Assembly (NCBI GenBank): GCA_965206595.1
Contig: OZ242214.1
Location: forward strand, 3,015,340-3,079,339
Origin: Candidatus Latescibacterota bacterium
Lineage (GTDB): Bacteria; Latescibacterota; UBA2968; UBA8231
Reading direction: 5' to 3'
Length of the DNA: 64,000 bases
In this document: in pieces, positions 9,241-19,479 of the stretch
Layout: each line of letters starts with the position of its first letter
How positions within the stretch are numbered: the first letter of the stretch is position 1
Notes under the pieces: model-generated
Told to the model about the DNA's origin: nothing
Databases searched by the model: none
The model's input: the letters and a program-made list of their open reading frames with translations, nothing else
Made by a program: the position numbers and the translations under genes

Positions 9241-10278
9241 ATGCTGGGGTTTATCCTGCTCGTTTGCCTTACCGCTTTTTTAGTGACTTCTCCGGTTTCC
9301 GCCCAACAGAAAGCCCCTCCGGCCCCTGAGACCGAACATCCTGCCCCGTCTTTGCAGGCCGTTGAGCCGGTAACCGCCCCGGCGGCCTGCCTGGTTGGTG
9401 AACATTCCGGTTTCCCGGAAGCCGACGCGCGGACCGCGGCCCTTCTCGTTTGCGGCGAGCTGAGCAAGCAGGGCATACCGGTCAGCGAGCCCGTTTTCCG
9501 TGCGCCGGACGCGGGGGGTATCTATCGGTTGGGTTTGCACCGCCTGGGGCAAAAGATCCTGGTTCGCCTGAGTCATGAGTACCCCGCCGGGACGGTCATT
9601 GTCGAGCGGCAGATCCAGTTGGGAAATATCGAAGAAATGATCTCGGCGGCGCCGCGATTGGTCGATGCCCTCGTCCACCGAAAATCGCTCGCTTCCACGG
9701 TCGACATGGAGAACGTCGTCGAAGAGGAGGCTCGCAGGCACCGGAAAATACCCGGTGAATCTCTTTGGGATATAGGACTCCTCGGGACCTTCGCCCTCAT
9801 CACGGACGCGGACATGATAGCCAAGCCGGGCTACAGGCTCGGGTGGTTTCACGAGACACCATCCTATGCCGCGGGAACCGAGTTCTGGGGTGCCGGTGGA
9901 GAGGACGATGAGGGCGACAGCTTTCACTTCTTCTGTTGGGGAATCGGCGGTCGCTACTTCTTCAACAAGCAGAACTTCTCGCCGTATGTGGGCGGTGGCT
10001 TCTCCCATGTCTGGGCCGGTTATGAACAAACAGAACCAAGGTGGAATTCGAGATGGGAGAGGTGGGAAGAGGAACGGGAATCCGAAGATGGAAACGGCCT
10101 GGGGGGTTATGTCGTCGGTGGAATAGAAGCCATGCGTCTCACCAGTGTTCGCATGAGGCTCGAATTGCGTGTGGATCGGCCCTTCTTTCAGCTGCAAACC
10201 CGGGACGTGATGCCGGTGACACTGGGTGTTTCCTTTTCTTTCCGCGGAGGAGGAGGAGTCGGAGGGATGTGGTTTTGA
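9241..10278 (+). CDS. Hypothetical secreted protein with signal peptide. Gly/aromatic-rich C-terminal half, possibly a small beta-barrel.
   Basis: GGAGAG RBS-like sequence then ATG. N-terminal signal MLGFILLVCLTAFLVTSPVSAQQ. Good GC3 and codon periodicity. Preferred over the antisense ORF 9280-10299. Confidence 0.5.
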   Translation: MLGFILLVCLTAFLVTSPVSAQQKAPPAPETEHPAPSLQAVEPVTAPAACLVGEHSGFPEADARTAALLVCGELSKQGIPVSEPVFRAPDAGGIYRLGLHRLGQKILVRLSHEYPAGTVIVERQIQLGNIEEMISAAPRLVDALVHRKSLASTVDMENVVEEEARRHRKIPGESLWDIGLLGTFALITDADMIAKPGYRLGWFHETPSYAAGTEFWGAGGEDDEGDSFHFFCWGIGGRYFFNKQNFSPYVGGGFSHVWAGYEQTEPRWNSRWERWEEERESEDGNGLGGYVVGGIEAMRLTSVRMRLELRVDRPFFQLQTRDVMPVTLGVSFSFRGGGGVGGMWF

Positions 10279-10850
10279 AACCGGTTCCGGTATCCGCATT
10301 CCTGATCTGCTGTGTTCTGGCCTGGTCGGCCGCAGCCGAGACGCAAACGGGCCATTCGGCTTCCCTGGCCTACGACCGGGCGTTGCTGCAGGGGGCGACG
10401 CGTTTCGGGGCGCTGGAGCTGGCTTTTCCCAAGGCGTGCGCAGCTTTTCCCGACAGCCTGCGGCAGGCGGCTGAGGATGGGGCCCATCAGGCCAATCGGC
10501 ACGGGTTTCAATACCGAATCGAGCACTTCTGCGGCTTCGCGGAGGGGCACACTCTGGTTCTCAGTCGCATCGTCGATCAGAAGCCGTCCGCGGACTTCGC
10601 CTACCTTGCGGGGTACGAGCCGGTGGAGCCCCGTTCCGAGGACGACTATTTGCAGGTGCGATCCATGAATTCGGGGGCGGTAGCGCTCCGGGAGTACTCT
10701 TTTGTGCGCTCGGGCTTTATCGTCAGGCAGGTCTTCGTCCAGACCCCCGTGGCAGTGTACCAGCTGGACGTACTCATCCGGAAAGCGTGGACCGGGGTCA
10801 TGATCAAGACTTACGAGTCCGTGCTTTCTTCCATTCACATCACTCCCTGA
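10269..10850 (+). CDS. Hypothetical secreted protein (GTG start). Its start overlaps the stop of the preceding gene.
   Basis: ggaggaggaggagtcggaggg RBS-like run then GTG. Signal-like VVLKPVPVSAFLICCVLAWSAAAE. The upstream 5' part of the 10041 ORF is the other gene's frame. Confidence 0.45.
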   Translation: MVLKPVPVSAFLICCVLAWSAAAETQTGHSASLAYDRALLQGATRFGALELAFPKACAAFPDSLRQAAEDGAHQANRHGFQYRIEHFCGFAEGHTLVLSRIVDQKPSADFAYLAGYEPVEPRSEDDYLQVRSMNSGAVALREYSFVRSGFIVRQVFVQTPVAVYQLDVLIRKAWTGVMIKTYESVLSSIHITP

Positions 10851-10861
10851 TGAGGGATACC

Positions 10862-11146
10862 ATGAAGAAGAAGCTGATCGCCCCGCTGCTGCTGGCTGTT
10901 TTCGTCCTGGCCGGCTGCGCCGCCCACATGCACGTGGTGGGCGAGGGAGCGCAAGGGACGGAAGTGGTAGCCGCACGGCAGTTCTACGTCATCAGCCTGG
11001 CGCCGCTCAACGAGGTGGATACGCGCGCCATGGCCGGCGGAGCCGAGGATTACACCATCAAGACAGCGGCCGGTTTCGTCGACATAGTCATCGCGACGGT
11101 CACTGGGGGGATCATCACGTCCCGCAAGGTGGTCGTGGAGAAATAG
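10862..11146 (+). CDS. Small lipoprotein, Bor/Iss-family-like
   Basis: MKKKLIAPLLLAVFVLAGC canonical lipobox (LAGC). ~94 aa. Central G...Q...V and C-terminal IVIATVTGGIITSRKVVV resemble the Bor family pattern. Confidence 0.5.
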   Translation: MKKKLIAPLLLAVFVLAGCAAHMHVVGEGAQGTEVVAARQFYVISLAPLNEVDTRAMAGGAEDYTIKTAAGFVDIVIATVTGGIITSRKVVVEK

Positions 11147-11408
11147 CCGGACGATGGCGCCGGTTGTGCCGGGCCCTGGGTGACCAGGGCCCGGCTGGAG
11201 TGTGCGGACGAAACAGGCCCTGGATCCGGAGCCGTAGCGGCGAAAGCCCCAGGTGGAGCAAGAGGACCACGGTGTTTCTACACAAGCATCGACCATTCGT
11301 ATCCCACGCCCGGTCCGGGGCCGGTCCGTGCGGCCTCGCCTGCTGTCTGCCCCCCACCCCAGGCAGGCAGCCCAAATGGACTTTTCAACGGGTGGTCAGG
11401 AGCGCGAG

Positions 11409-12230
11409 ATGGCAGATAAGAAAAAGGGAGATTCCTCCAAATCCTCCGGCAAGGGCAAGTTGAGCCGGGAGGGTTACGAGAAGGAGCTGGTCAAACTCCA
11501 GATCGAGCTGGCCAAACTGCAGGAATGGATACGCCACGAGGGCCTGAAGGTGATCGTCATCTTCGAGGGCCGCGACGCCGCCGGCAAGGGGGGCGTCATC
11601 CGGCGCATCACCGAGTCGCTCAACCCCCGCATCTGCCGGGTCGTCGCCCTCGGCACCCCCACGGAACGCCAGAAGACGCAGTGGTACTTCCAGCGCTACG
11701 TCGAGGAGCTTCCGGCCGCGGGTGAGATGGTTCTCTTCGACCGCAGCTGGTACAATCGCGCCGGTGTCGAGCGGGTGATGGGTTTTTGCACGGAAACAGA
11801 AGTGCAGGAATTCTTCCGCACCTGTCCCGAATTCGAGCGCATGCTGGTGCGCTCGGGAATCATCCTGATCAAGTACTGGTTCTCCGTTTCCGAGGAGGAG
11901 CAGGGACGGCGTTTCAAACAGCGCATCTCCGATCCGACGCGGCGCTGGAAGCTCAGCGGCATGGATCTGGAAGCGCGCACCCACTGGGTCGACTACTCGC
12001 GCGCCAAGGACGACATGTTCCGCCATACCGACATCAAGCAGGCGCCCTGGTACGTCGTCGACGCCAACGACAAGCGCCGCGCCCGCCTCAACTGCATTTC
12101 CCACCTGCTGAGCATGATCCCTTACAGGAACGTGCTGCCGGACAAGCTCGAGCTCCCGCCCATGCAGCAGGACGACAGTTACGTGCGCCCGCCGGTCGAT
12201 GAGCAGACCTTCCTGCCCGAGCTGTACTGA
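11409..12230 (+). CDS. ppk2: Polyphosphate kinase 2 (PPK2 family, polyphosphate:nucleotide phosphotransferase)
   Basis: Walker A FEGRDAAGKGG. Lid and Walker B FDRSWYNRAGVER. Length and motif spacing are typical of single-domain PPK2. AGGAG lies 7 nt upstream of the ATG at 11409. Confidence 0.85.
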   Translation: MADKKKGDSSKSSGKGKLSREGYEKELVKLQIELAKLQEWIRHEGLKVIVIFEGRDAAGKGGVIRRITESLNPRICRVVALGTPTERQKTQWYFQRYVEELPAAGEMVLFDRSWYNRAGVERVMGFCTETEVQEFFRTCPEFERMLVRSGIILIKYWFSVSEEEQGRRFKQRISDPTRRWKLSGMDLEARTHWVDYSRAKDDMFRHTDIKQAPWYVVDANDKRRARLNCISHLLSMIPYRNVLPDKLELPPMQQDDSYVRPPVDEQTFLPELY

Positions 12231-12271
12231 GCAGCCCGATCAGCAAGGAAGACCGATGGCCAAAACCAGAG

Positions 12272-13651
12272 ATGCAGGAATCGCAGTTTAATATGGTTCT
12301 TCGAGCACTCATCCTTGCCCTGATGTTGACGGCGCTGGCTGCGTCGGCAGTCGGACAAGCTTTCCCCACCGCATCAGCAGAGACTGACACCGGCGAGGTC
12401 TACGAGACCAGGCACAGTCACGTTCTCGCCTTCCCGAAATACGTGTGGAATGCCCTGACCTACCCGGTCGGGCAGCTCACCATCCGGGCCGAACACAAAG
12501 GTCTGTTCGCCAACCGATCGGGTAGAGAGCCGAAGACCTTCGGCCTGCTTCCTTATGGAGTTCTCGGTGGAGAAATGGGAGGCAACCTTGGTGGGGAGAC
12601 CGGAATTGCTGGTGGGTTCACCATGTTCCATTCCAATTTGTTCGGGCGTGGAAACGGATTCTCCGCACGTTTGATCGCCAACCGCTCCAATTTCAGCGGG
12701 CACGTCCGTTTTGAAGACCCGGGGATCGGCGGCGGTCCATGGTACTGGAATGCGTCTGTCGAAGCGCTGGATACGAGGAACAAGGGGGCCACCATCAACG
12801 GCCGACTGCGTGGTTCCGGGTCGCGGCTCGATTACAAGCAGCGCGACTCGAGGATTACCCTCGGGCGCCATTCCAATTACGGCGAAACCGAAGGCTATGA
12901 ACCGGATACCATTGTGGAACTCCGGCTGTCTCACGGCTTCCGCCAGTTTGACGATATCGACCGCCTGCCCAGCGACATTGTCGGGGCGAACGAGGCCATC
13001 AACCTGTTCTCCGTAGGCGGCCGGGTGGCCTTCGACGACCGGGACTTCAAGCCCCCGACCGCCTCGATCAGCCACCCCCTGAACTACCAGCTGCCCGGGC
13101 GGGTCCTGCTTTTCGCGGAGGGTCTTTACTACAGCTTTCGCGACACCGCCTTCCCCGAGCACGGCGGACTCGCCCGGATCGAGGCCGATTACGTAGCCGG
13201 CTCCGGGAACGTTCGGTACCTCCACTACGCAGCCGGGCTCCAACGCTTCTTCACCCTTTTTTTCAAAAACCGGATTCTTGCCTTGCGGGCCAGGCTCGAC
13301 AAGACACACGCCCTGGGAGACGACAGCATCATCCCGTATTCGGACCTGGCCACCCTAGGCGGCACTCACCGGTTGCGAGGGTACCGGCGGGGTTCCTTCC
13401 GCGGCGAAGGCACCCTGCTGTTCAGCGCCGAATACCGCTACCCGATCCGGGACACCTGGAACGCCTTCCTGTTCTGGGACGAAGGGCAAGTCTTTGACCA
13501 GTACGGAGACCTCGGACTGAACCAGTTCGAGTACAGTTTCGGGGCCGGCATCAGCGTGCGCACGGAGCGCGCCTTCTTGTTCGGGTTGCGCATCGCCCGC
13601 AGCAAGGAGGAGGAGGCATCGGCCGGCTTCTCGCTGGAGAAGGAGTTCTGA
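12272..13651 (+). CDS. Omp85/BamA-family (surface antigen D15-type) outer-membrane beta-barrel protein
   Basis: Signal peptide. C-terminal barrel signature GGTHRLRGYRRGSFRGEGTLLFSAEYRYPI...FLFWDEGQVF...SFGAGISVRT. Confidence 0.65.
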   Translation: MQESQFNMVLRALILALMLTALAASAVGQAFPTASAETDTGEVYETRHSHVLAFPKYVWNALTYPVGQLTIRAEHKGLFANRSGREPKTFGLLPYGVLGGEMGGNLGGETGIAGGFTMFHSNLFGRGNGFSARLIANRSNFSGHVRFEDPGIGGGPWYWNASVEALDTRNKGATINGRLRGSGSRLDYKQRDSRITLGRHSNYGETEGYEPDTIVELRLSHGFRQFDDIDRLPSDIVGANEAINLFSVGGRVAFDDRDFKPPTASISHPLNYQLPGRVLLFAEGLYYSFRDTAFPEHGGLARIEADYVAGSGNVRYLHYAAGLQRFFTLFFKNRILALRARLDKTHALGDDSIIPYSDLATLGGTHRLRGYRRGSFRGEGTLLFSAEYRYPIRDTWNAFLFWDEGQVFDQYGDLGLNQFEYSFGAGISVRTERAFLFGLRIARSKEEEASAGFSLEKEF

Positions 13652-13787
13652 TGAGTTCCCTGCTGACTGCCCTTTCGGGTCCACTGGCCCTTGGCCGGTT
13701 GTCCACACTTTTTTCCCTTCCGCGTGCATCGCCCACTTCCGGTAGACCGCCTGACACTATCCACCCTCGCCAGAAAACGGTTCGCTC

Positions 13788-15254
13788 GTGAAAACCATCT
13801 TCATCATCCTCGACTCCCTGAACCGCCACTACCTCCCCAGCTACGGCCCCTCCTGGGTGCACACCCCCAACATCGACCGTCTGGCGCGGCGGGGGCTGGT
13901 GTTCGACCGCCACTACAGCTGCTCCCTGCCCTGCATGCCGGCGCGGCGCGACCTGTACACAGGGCACGCCGGTTTCCTCGAGACGCCCTGGAGCCCGCTG
14001 CAGCCCTGGGACGACACCCTGCAGGCGGAGCTGCGGCGCCAGCGGCAGACCTACAGCCACCTCATCACCGACCACTACCACTACTTCCACAGCGGCGGCG
14101 AATTCTACCACGTCCAGTTCGACAGCTGGGAGTTCGTGCGCGGCCAGGAGCGGGACGTGTGGCGGCCCCTGGTCGACCTGCCGCCGCCGCCGCCCCACCT
14201 CGGCAAGTCGCAGCGCGGGTACTGGGCCAACCGCACCTTCGCCGAAACCGAGAACGACGAGGACTACCCCACCCCGCAGTGCTTCGCCCGCGCCATCGAG
14301 TTCCTCGACGCCAACCACGGCGCCGACAACTGGCATCTGCACCTCGAGTGCTTCGACCCGCACGAGCCCTTCGCCTGCCCTGCGAAGTACCGCGAGCTCT
14401 ACGACGACACCTGGGACGGCGAGCACTTCGACTGGCCGGAGTATGCGCCGGTGAGCGAGAGCCCCGAGGCGGTCGAGCATATCCGCAAGGCGTACGCCGG
14501 CACCCTGACCATGGCCGACGCCTGGCTCGGCAGGTTCCTCGACCGGATGGACGAACTGAACATGTGGGAGGATACCGCGGTCGTCATCAGCACCGATCAC
14601 GGGCATCTGCTCGGCGAGCACGGGTACTGGGCCAAGAACTACATGCTCGACTACGAGGAGCTGGTGCACATACCCCTCATCGTCTGCGCTCCCGGGATCG
14701 GGCACCGGCGCGTGCCGGCGCTGACCTCGGCTCTCGATCTGATGCCGACCTTCATGGAGCTGCACCGCGGGGAGCTGCCGCCGAACGTGCAGGGACGCTC
14801 CCTCTGCCACCTGCTGCAGGGGGATGAAAGCCACCACGACGCCGTGCTCTTCGGCTACTTCGGCAAGGACATCAACCTCACCGACGGCCACTACAGCTAC
14901 TGCCGGCAGCCGCTGCCCGGCTCCTTCGCCTACAACCACGCCGCGGTCCTGTGCACCTCACCCGACCCCGGCAGGATGGGCAATCCCCTGCACCAGCGGG
15001 AAGAGCTCGCCGCGGCGGAGCACGGCCTGTTTCTGCCGCACACCTGCGGCATTCCCCACCTGCGCCTGAAGACGCCGTCGCACCGGCACCACAACGCCCC
15101 CGACTTCAACCCGATCTACGATCTCGAGGCCGACCCGCGGCAGGAGAGCCCGGTCCGGGACGGCCGGCTGGAGGAGGAGCTGGCCGGGAAGATGAGGGAG
15201 CTGCTGCGGCGCTACGGGGCCCCGGAAAGCGAGTTCCGGCGGGTGGGGCTGTAG
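13788..15254 (+). CDS. Sulfatase (formylglycine-dependent, arylsulfatase family)
   Basis: CxPxR formylglycine motif in SLPCMPARRDLYTG. N-terminal IFIILDSLN is typical of alkaline-phosphatase-superfamily sulfatases. Confidence 0.85.
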   Translation: MKTIFIILDSLNRHYLPSYGPSWVHTPNIDRLARRGLVFDRHYSCSLPCMPARRDLYTGHAGFLETPWSPLQPWDDTLQAELRRQRQTYSHLITDHYHYFHSGGEFYHVQFDSWEFVRGQERDVWRPLVDLPPPPPHLGKSQRGYWANRTFAETENDEDYPTPQCFARAIEFLDANHGADNWHLHLECFDPHEPFACPAKYRELYDDTWDGEHFDWPEYAPVSESPEAVEHIRKAYAGTLTMADAWLGRFLDRMDELNMWEDTAVVISTDHGHLLGEHGYWAKNYMLDYEELVHIPLIVCAPGIGHRRVPALTSALDLMPTFMELHRGELPPNVQGRSLCHLLQGDESHHDAVLFGYFGKDINLTDGHYSYCRQPLPGSFAYNHAAVLCTSPDPGRMGNPLHQREELAAAEHGLFLPHTCGIPHLRLKTPSHRHHNAPDFNPIYDLEADPRQESPVRDGRLEEELAGKMRELLRRYGAPESEFRRVGL

Positions 15255-15384
15255 CGGGCGGGGATACAAGTGGCTGGGTCCGCCACTTCAGAAAGCATCT
15301 CCTGACGAAACCTTATCTTAGAAGATTGCTTTCGAAACCAGGGGCACTGGTATTCCGGAGAATTCCCCACATACAGTTAGAGGA

Positions 15385-17256
15385 TTGATGACCCAGACCG
15401 AATCCGCAACGCAAGACGCGGTGCAAACGGCACCCCACACCTCCATCCGCAACGTCGCCATTATCGCCCACGTCGACCACGGCAAAACCACCCTGGTCGA
15501 CGGCATGCTCAAACAGAGCAATGTCTTCCAGGCGCACCAGCAAGTCGCCGACCGCATCCTCGACTCCAACGATCTCGAGCGCGAGCGGGGCATCACGATC
15601 CTGGCCAAAAACACGGGCATCGTCTACGACGGCACGACCATCAATATCGTCGACACCCCCGGGCACACCGATTTCGGCGGTGAAGTCGAGCGCATCATGA
15701 ACATGGTCGACGGCGTGGTGTTGCTCATCGACGCCGTCGAGGGACCGATGCCGCAGACGCGCTTCGTCCTCAAGCAAGCGCTGGAGCGCGGACACAAGGC
15801 CATCGTCGTCGTCAACAAGATCGACCGGCCCGCCGCCCGCCCCGACGCAGTGGTCGACGCCACCTTCGATCTGTTTAACGACCTCGGGGCCAGCGACCAA
15901 CAGGCCGACTTCCCCGTGGTTTACACCCGGGCCCTGGAGGGCCGCGCCGGACTCGCACCCGATCGGCTGGCCGAAAACCTGGTCCCCTTGTTCGATGCCA
16001 TCGTCGGCCACCTCCCCCCGCCGCAGATCGCAATAGACGGTCCGCCGCAGTTATTGGTCACGACCTTGGAGCATAGCTCGTATGTCGGCAAGATCGGCGT
16101 CGGCCGTTTGAGCAGCGGTTCGCTGGCCGCCGGTCAGGCGATCATGCACATCGACGCCGAAGGCGAGATGCAGCCGGCCACGGTCGGACAGGTTTTCGTC
16201 TTCCGCAACCTCAAACGCGAGCCGGTCGAGCAAGTCCACGCCGGCAATATCGTCGCCGTCTCCGGCGTGCCCGCCATCGGTATCGGGGATACGTTGACCT
16301 GCCCGGAGCGACCGCTGGCGCTGCCGCCGATCAAAGTCGAAGAGCCTACGGTACGCATGGTCTTCAAGGTCAACGACAGCCCCTTCGCCGGGCGCGAGGG
16401 CCGCTTCGTGACCAGCCGCGAACTGCGCACACGGCTTTTCGACGAGTTGGAGAGCAATGTCGCGCTGCGCGTGGAGGACCTGGATCGTTCGGGCGAGTTT
16501 GTCGTGTCCGGCCGCGGCGAGTTGCACCTGGCCATCCTGATCGAGACCATGCGGCGCGAGGGCTACGAGCTGGCGGTGAGCAACCCCGAGGTCATCTTTC
16601 GCCCGAGTGCGCGAGGTATCCTCGAACCCGTCGAGCGGGTCTTTATCGAGGTGCTTGTCGAGTATCTGGGGCCGGTCAGCGAAATACTCGGCAAAAGGCG
16701 CGGGCGGCTGCAGGACATCCGCCACGGCGATGACGGCGTAGTCTACGCCGAATTTCTGGTTCCCACCCGCGGAGTTCTGGGGTTTCGCCAGCCCTACATG
16801 AATACCACGCGCGGTACGGGAACCTTCAACACGCTCTTCCACGATTACGAGCCGGTGACCGGGGAGATCGACGTGCAGGAGCACGGCTCGCTCATCTCAC
16901 ACGAGCACGGCACCGTCAGCGCCTATGCCCTGGAGCATCTGCAGCAGCGCGGCACTTTTTTCATCCGTCCCGGGGAGGAAGTCTACGCCGGTCAAGTCGT
17001 CGGCCAGACCATCCGCAACGAAGACCTGGTCGTCAACGTCTGCCGCACGAAACACCTGACCGGCCACCGCGCTACGCCCAAGGCCATAATGGATTCACTC
17101 TCACCCCCGCGCATCCTGACGCTCGACGAGGCGATAGAATACCTGGACAACGACGAGCTCCTGGAAGTGACGCCCAAGGCCTTGCGCCTGCGCAAGAGAG
17201 AGCTGCAACACAGCCTGCGCTACCGCGCCGAAAAGAACGCCAGGAAAGAAGGATAG
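15385..17256 (+). CDS. typA: Translational GTPase TypA/BipA
   Basis: G1-G4 motifs [18 protein letters not shown]. Overall collinearity with BipA (~620 aa). Confidence 0.95.
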   Translation: MMTQTESATQDAVQTAPHTSIRNVAIIAHVDHGKTTLVDGMLKQSNVFQAHQQVADRILDSNDLERERGITILAKNTGIVYDGTTINIVDTPGHTDFGGEVERIMNMVDGVVLLIDAVEGPMPQTRFVLKQALERGHKAIVVVNKIDRPAARPDAVVDATFDLFNDLGASDQQADFPVVYTRALEGRAGLAPDRLAENLVPLFDAIVGHLPPPQIAIDGPPQLLVTTLEHSSYVGKIGVGRLSSGSLAAGQAIMHIDAEGEMQPATVGQVFVFRNLKREPVEQVHAGNIVAVSGVPAIGIGDTLTCPERPLALPPIKVEEPTVRMVFKVNDSPFAGREGRFVTSRELRTRLFDELESNVALRVEDLDRSGEFVVSGRGELHLAILIETMRREGYELAVSNPEVIFRPSARGILEPVERVFIEVLVEYLGPVSEILGKRRGRLQDIRHGDDGVVYAEFLVPTRGVLGFRQPYMNTTRGTGTFNTLFHDYEPVTGEIDVQEHGSLISHEHGTVSAYALEHLQQRGTFFIRPGEEVYAGQVVGQTIRNEDLVVNVCRTKHLTGHRATPKAIMDSLSPPRILTLDEAIEYLDNDELLEVTPKALRLRKRELQHSLRYRAEKNARKEG

Positions 17257-17286
17257 ACCCCCTCGCCCGGGGCCGCCCCCTGAGCG

Positions 17287-18034
17287 TCAGCTTCCCCGCC
17301 TTTCCCGCCAGTACCCCTCCAGGCCGTCCCGCGGCTCCCACCCGAGAAGGCGCCGGGCCTTGCCGGCCCGTACCTGGTCCTGCGGCAGGTCCGCGGTGAT
17401 GAAGAACGCCTCGCATCTCGACGGCAGCGCCTCGAGATCGGCCTTGAGGGCGCAGCGGACCGCGGCGGCCGCGTCCGGGAAGGTGACGGGCGAACGGGTT
17501 CATCCGGGCCTGCGGCGCGCCGGCAGGGTGCGGCTCGCAGAAGCGGGAGAAGATCAGCGTCAGGAGGTGGATCGGGTGCTGTTCGGAAAACAGGCGGCAG
17601 ATCTCGTGGCCCAGCGACTTGCTGAGCGCGTACAGCCCGGTTCCCGGGTGCGGCGGAATCTCCTCGACGATGCCGAAGTCCCGGTCGAGGTAGCGGGGCC
17701 CGGCGAGGGTGAACCGGGGGCCGGTGTTGACGAAGCGGCGGTGCCCGGCCTCGACCGCGGCCCTGAGCGCGTTCCAGGTGCCGCGCGTGTTGACGTCGAA
17801 GGCGCCGCGGCGGTCCCGCCGCGACACCGAGCAGTTGACGATGGCGTCGGTCCCCTCGGCCGCGGCCCGCACCTGCCGGTAGTCGGCGGCGTCGACCTGC
17901 ATGGTCTCGTGCGGGCCGGAGACCGGGACCACGTCGGTGACGCGCAGGTCGCAGTCCCTTTCCAGCTCCCGGACGACGTGCGGTCCGAGGTAGCCGTTGC
18001 CGCCGAGAAGGAGAATTCGCGGCCTACCCGGCAA
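17287..18034 (-). CDS. NAD-dependent epimerase/dehydratase (SDR family). Has an apparent single-base frameshift near 17490-17515. As given, the reading frame runs on to 17072 into typA.
   Basis: Rossmann motif ILLLGGNGYLG. Active-site YALSK. A different frame downstream of ~17505 gives a typical epimerase C-terminus (...ITADLPQDQVRAGKARRLLGWEPRDGLEGYW) ending at 17287. Confidence 0.55.
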
Positions 18035-19274
18035 AGGCGACTCCTCCCCTGCCCTCGAGCCCGGCGTAGCGCCGGGCGAACCCGGCGCTGCCGTCGTCGT
18101 CGATCACCTCGAGGCTGGAGCCGGCCTCGAAGATCGGCAGCCCGGCCTGCCGGTAGCGCCCGTGGAAGGCGCTGCGGTTACCGGCGATCTCGACGATCTC
18201 GCCCCCTGCCCGCGTGTAGCGGTAGACGTGGCGGGGCTCCTTCACCGTCGTGTAGTCGACGGCGTATTTCTCGATCGCGGCCTCGTCGATCTCGACGCCG
18301 AGCCCGGGTCCTTCGGGAACCGGGTAATAGCCGCCCCTCACCTGGAGCGGGGTTTCGAGCAGCTGGGACTCGTAGATGTTCATGCAGGTTATCGCCGGCC
18401 ACCGCGCCTCGCTGCAAACGGCGCCGACGTGGGCTGCCCAGGCGGTGGTCAGGCCGGAGCCGACCAGCTGCAGCCAGAACGGCTTGTTGGCGGCCGCGAC
18501 GACCGCCTGCTGTTTCATCATCTGCGCGGCCCCGCCCCCGATGATGAGGCCGTCGGCGATGTCGTCGCGCAGCACCGTCATGATCGCGGGCCGGTCCACG
18601 TGCATCGCCACGGGCCGGTCGATCCGGGTGCGGATCTGCCGGTTTCCGGCGACGTCCTCCTGAGGGATCGGGGTCTCGATCATCGCTACCTGCTCGTACT
18701 GCTCCAGGGACTTCAGCAGGGGCACGGCGTTGGCGGAGTTGACGAGGTGGCCGTTGAAGTCGAGGTCGAGCCGGAACTGCGGCGGGATCACCTGCCCCAC
18801 CGCCTCGATGCAGGCGTGCAGGTCCTGCCAGGGCCGTGTCTTCAGCTTGGCAGACATGTAGCCCCGGGCCACCGCGGTCTCGCACTGCCGCGCCCAGTCC
18901 TCCGGCCCCATGTCGCAGGTCCACCAGGAGATCGGGCACCAGTCGCGGACCCGGGGGCCGAGCAGGTCGCTGACCGGGACGTTCTCGTTTCTCGCCACCG
19001 CGTCGAACAGGGCGATCTGGACGCCGCAGCCGAGGCCGTCGTCCCAGAGCAGCGAGGCGGCTTCCCGGCCGAGGATGCGCTCCTCGATGTCGTCGGGGAC
19101 GCGGGCATGGGTGGCGTTGAGGATGGTCTCCCCCCAGCCGGCGACGCCGTTGTCCAGGGTCAGCCGGCATAGCTGGACGATCCGCCACGGGGAGATCCAG
19201 TGCTGCAGGTGCCGGCCGGCGTCGGCTTCGAACGGCACCTCGAGGTGAATGAGCTCGACACGGGCCACCTTCAT
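18024..19274 (-). CDS. Enolase-superfamily enzyme, mandelate racemase/muconate lactonizing enzyme (MR/MLE) family (sugar-acid dehydratase-like)
   Basis: AGGAGG RBS then ATG at 19274 (MKVARVELIHLEVPF). MR/MLE-like N-terminal capping domain and barrel with conserved D/E metal ligands. The 5' 192 nt of the listed ORF are probably not translated. Confidence 0.8.
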   Translation of the reverse strand: MKVARVELIHLEVPFEADAGRHLQHWISPWRIVQLCRLTLDNGVAGWGETILNATHARVPDDIEERILGREAASLLWDDGLGCGVQIALFDAVARNENVPVSDLLGPRVRDWCPISWWTCDMGPEDWARQCETAVARGYMSAKLKTRPWQDLHACIEAVGQVIPPQFRLDLDFNGHLVNSANAVPLLKSLEQYEQVAMIETPIPQEDVAGNRQIRTRIDRPVAMHVDRPAIMTVLRDDIADGLIIGGGAAQMMKQQAVVAAANKPFWLQLVGSGLTTAWAAHVGAVCSEARWPAITCMNIYESQLLETPLQVRGGYYPVPEGPGLGVEIDEAAIEKYAVDYTTVKEPRHVYRYTRAGGEIVEIAGNRSAFHGRYRQAGLPIFEAGSSLEVIDDDGSAGFARRYAGLEGRGGVAFAG

Positions 19275-19479
19275 TTGGGTCCTCCTGTCGCTTCGGTAAC
19301 TGCGGGACGGGTCGGGATCGGGCAGACGGATTGCCACCCCCTGTCCAAGCCCGGGCCAAATGTACGCAACCGATGCCGGAAGACCGGATTTACCCGGAAA
19401 GGTCCGTGTCCCTTTCGATGGTCTCCTGCTCGAGCAGTTCAGGCCAACCGGGACGCAAACTCCCAAAAGGGATTATGGA

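Noticed and set aside
9280-10299. 339-aa minus-strand ORF overlapping the 9241-10278 secreted-protein gene
   Set aside because: The + strand ORF has an RBS, a clean signal peptide and better codon periodicity. The minus ORF is Arg/Gly/Pro-rich with no signal or motif.
13551-14939. 462-aa minus ORF and 378-aa + ORF (13691-14827) overlapping the sulfatase gene
   Set aside because: The sulfatase frame has the CxPxR formylglycine motif and full-length family collinearity. The others are Arg/Pro/Gly-rich artefacts.
17360-19172. Long + strand ORFs (17360-18544, 17997-19172) and the minus ORF 18178-19359
   Set aside because: They overlap the epimerase and MR/MLE genes. They are extremely Arg/Pro/Gly-rich with no domain signatures.
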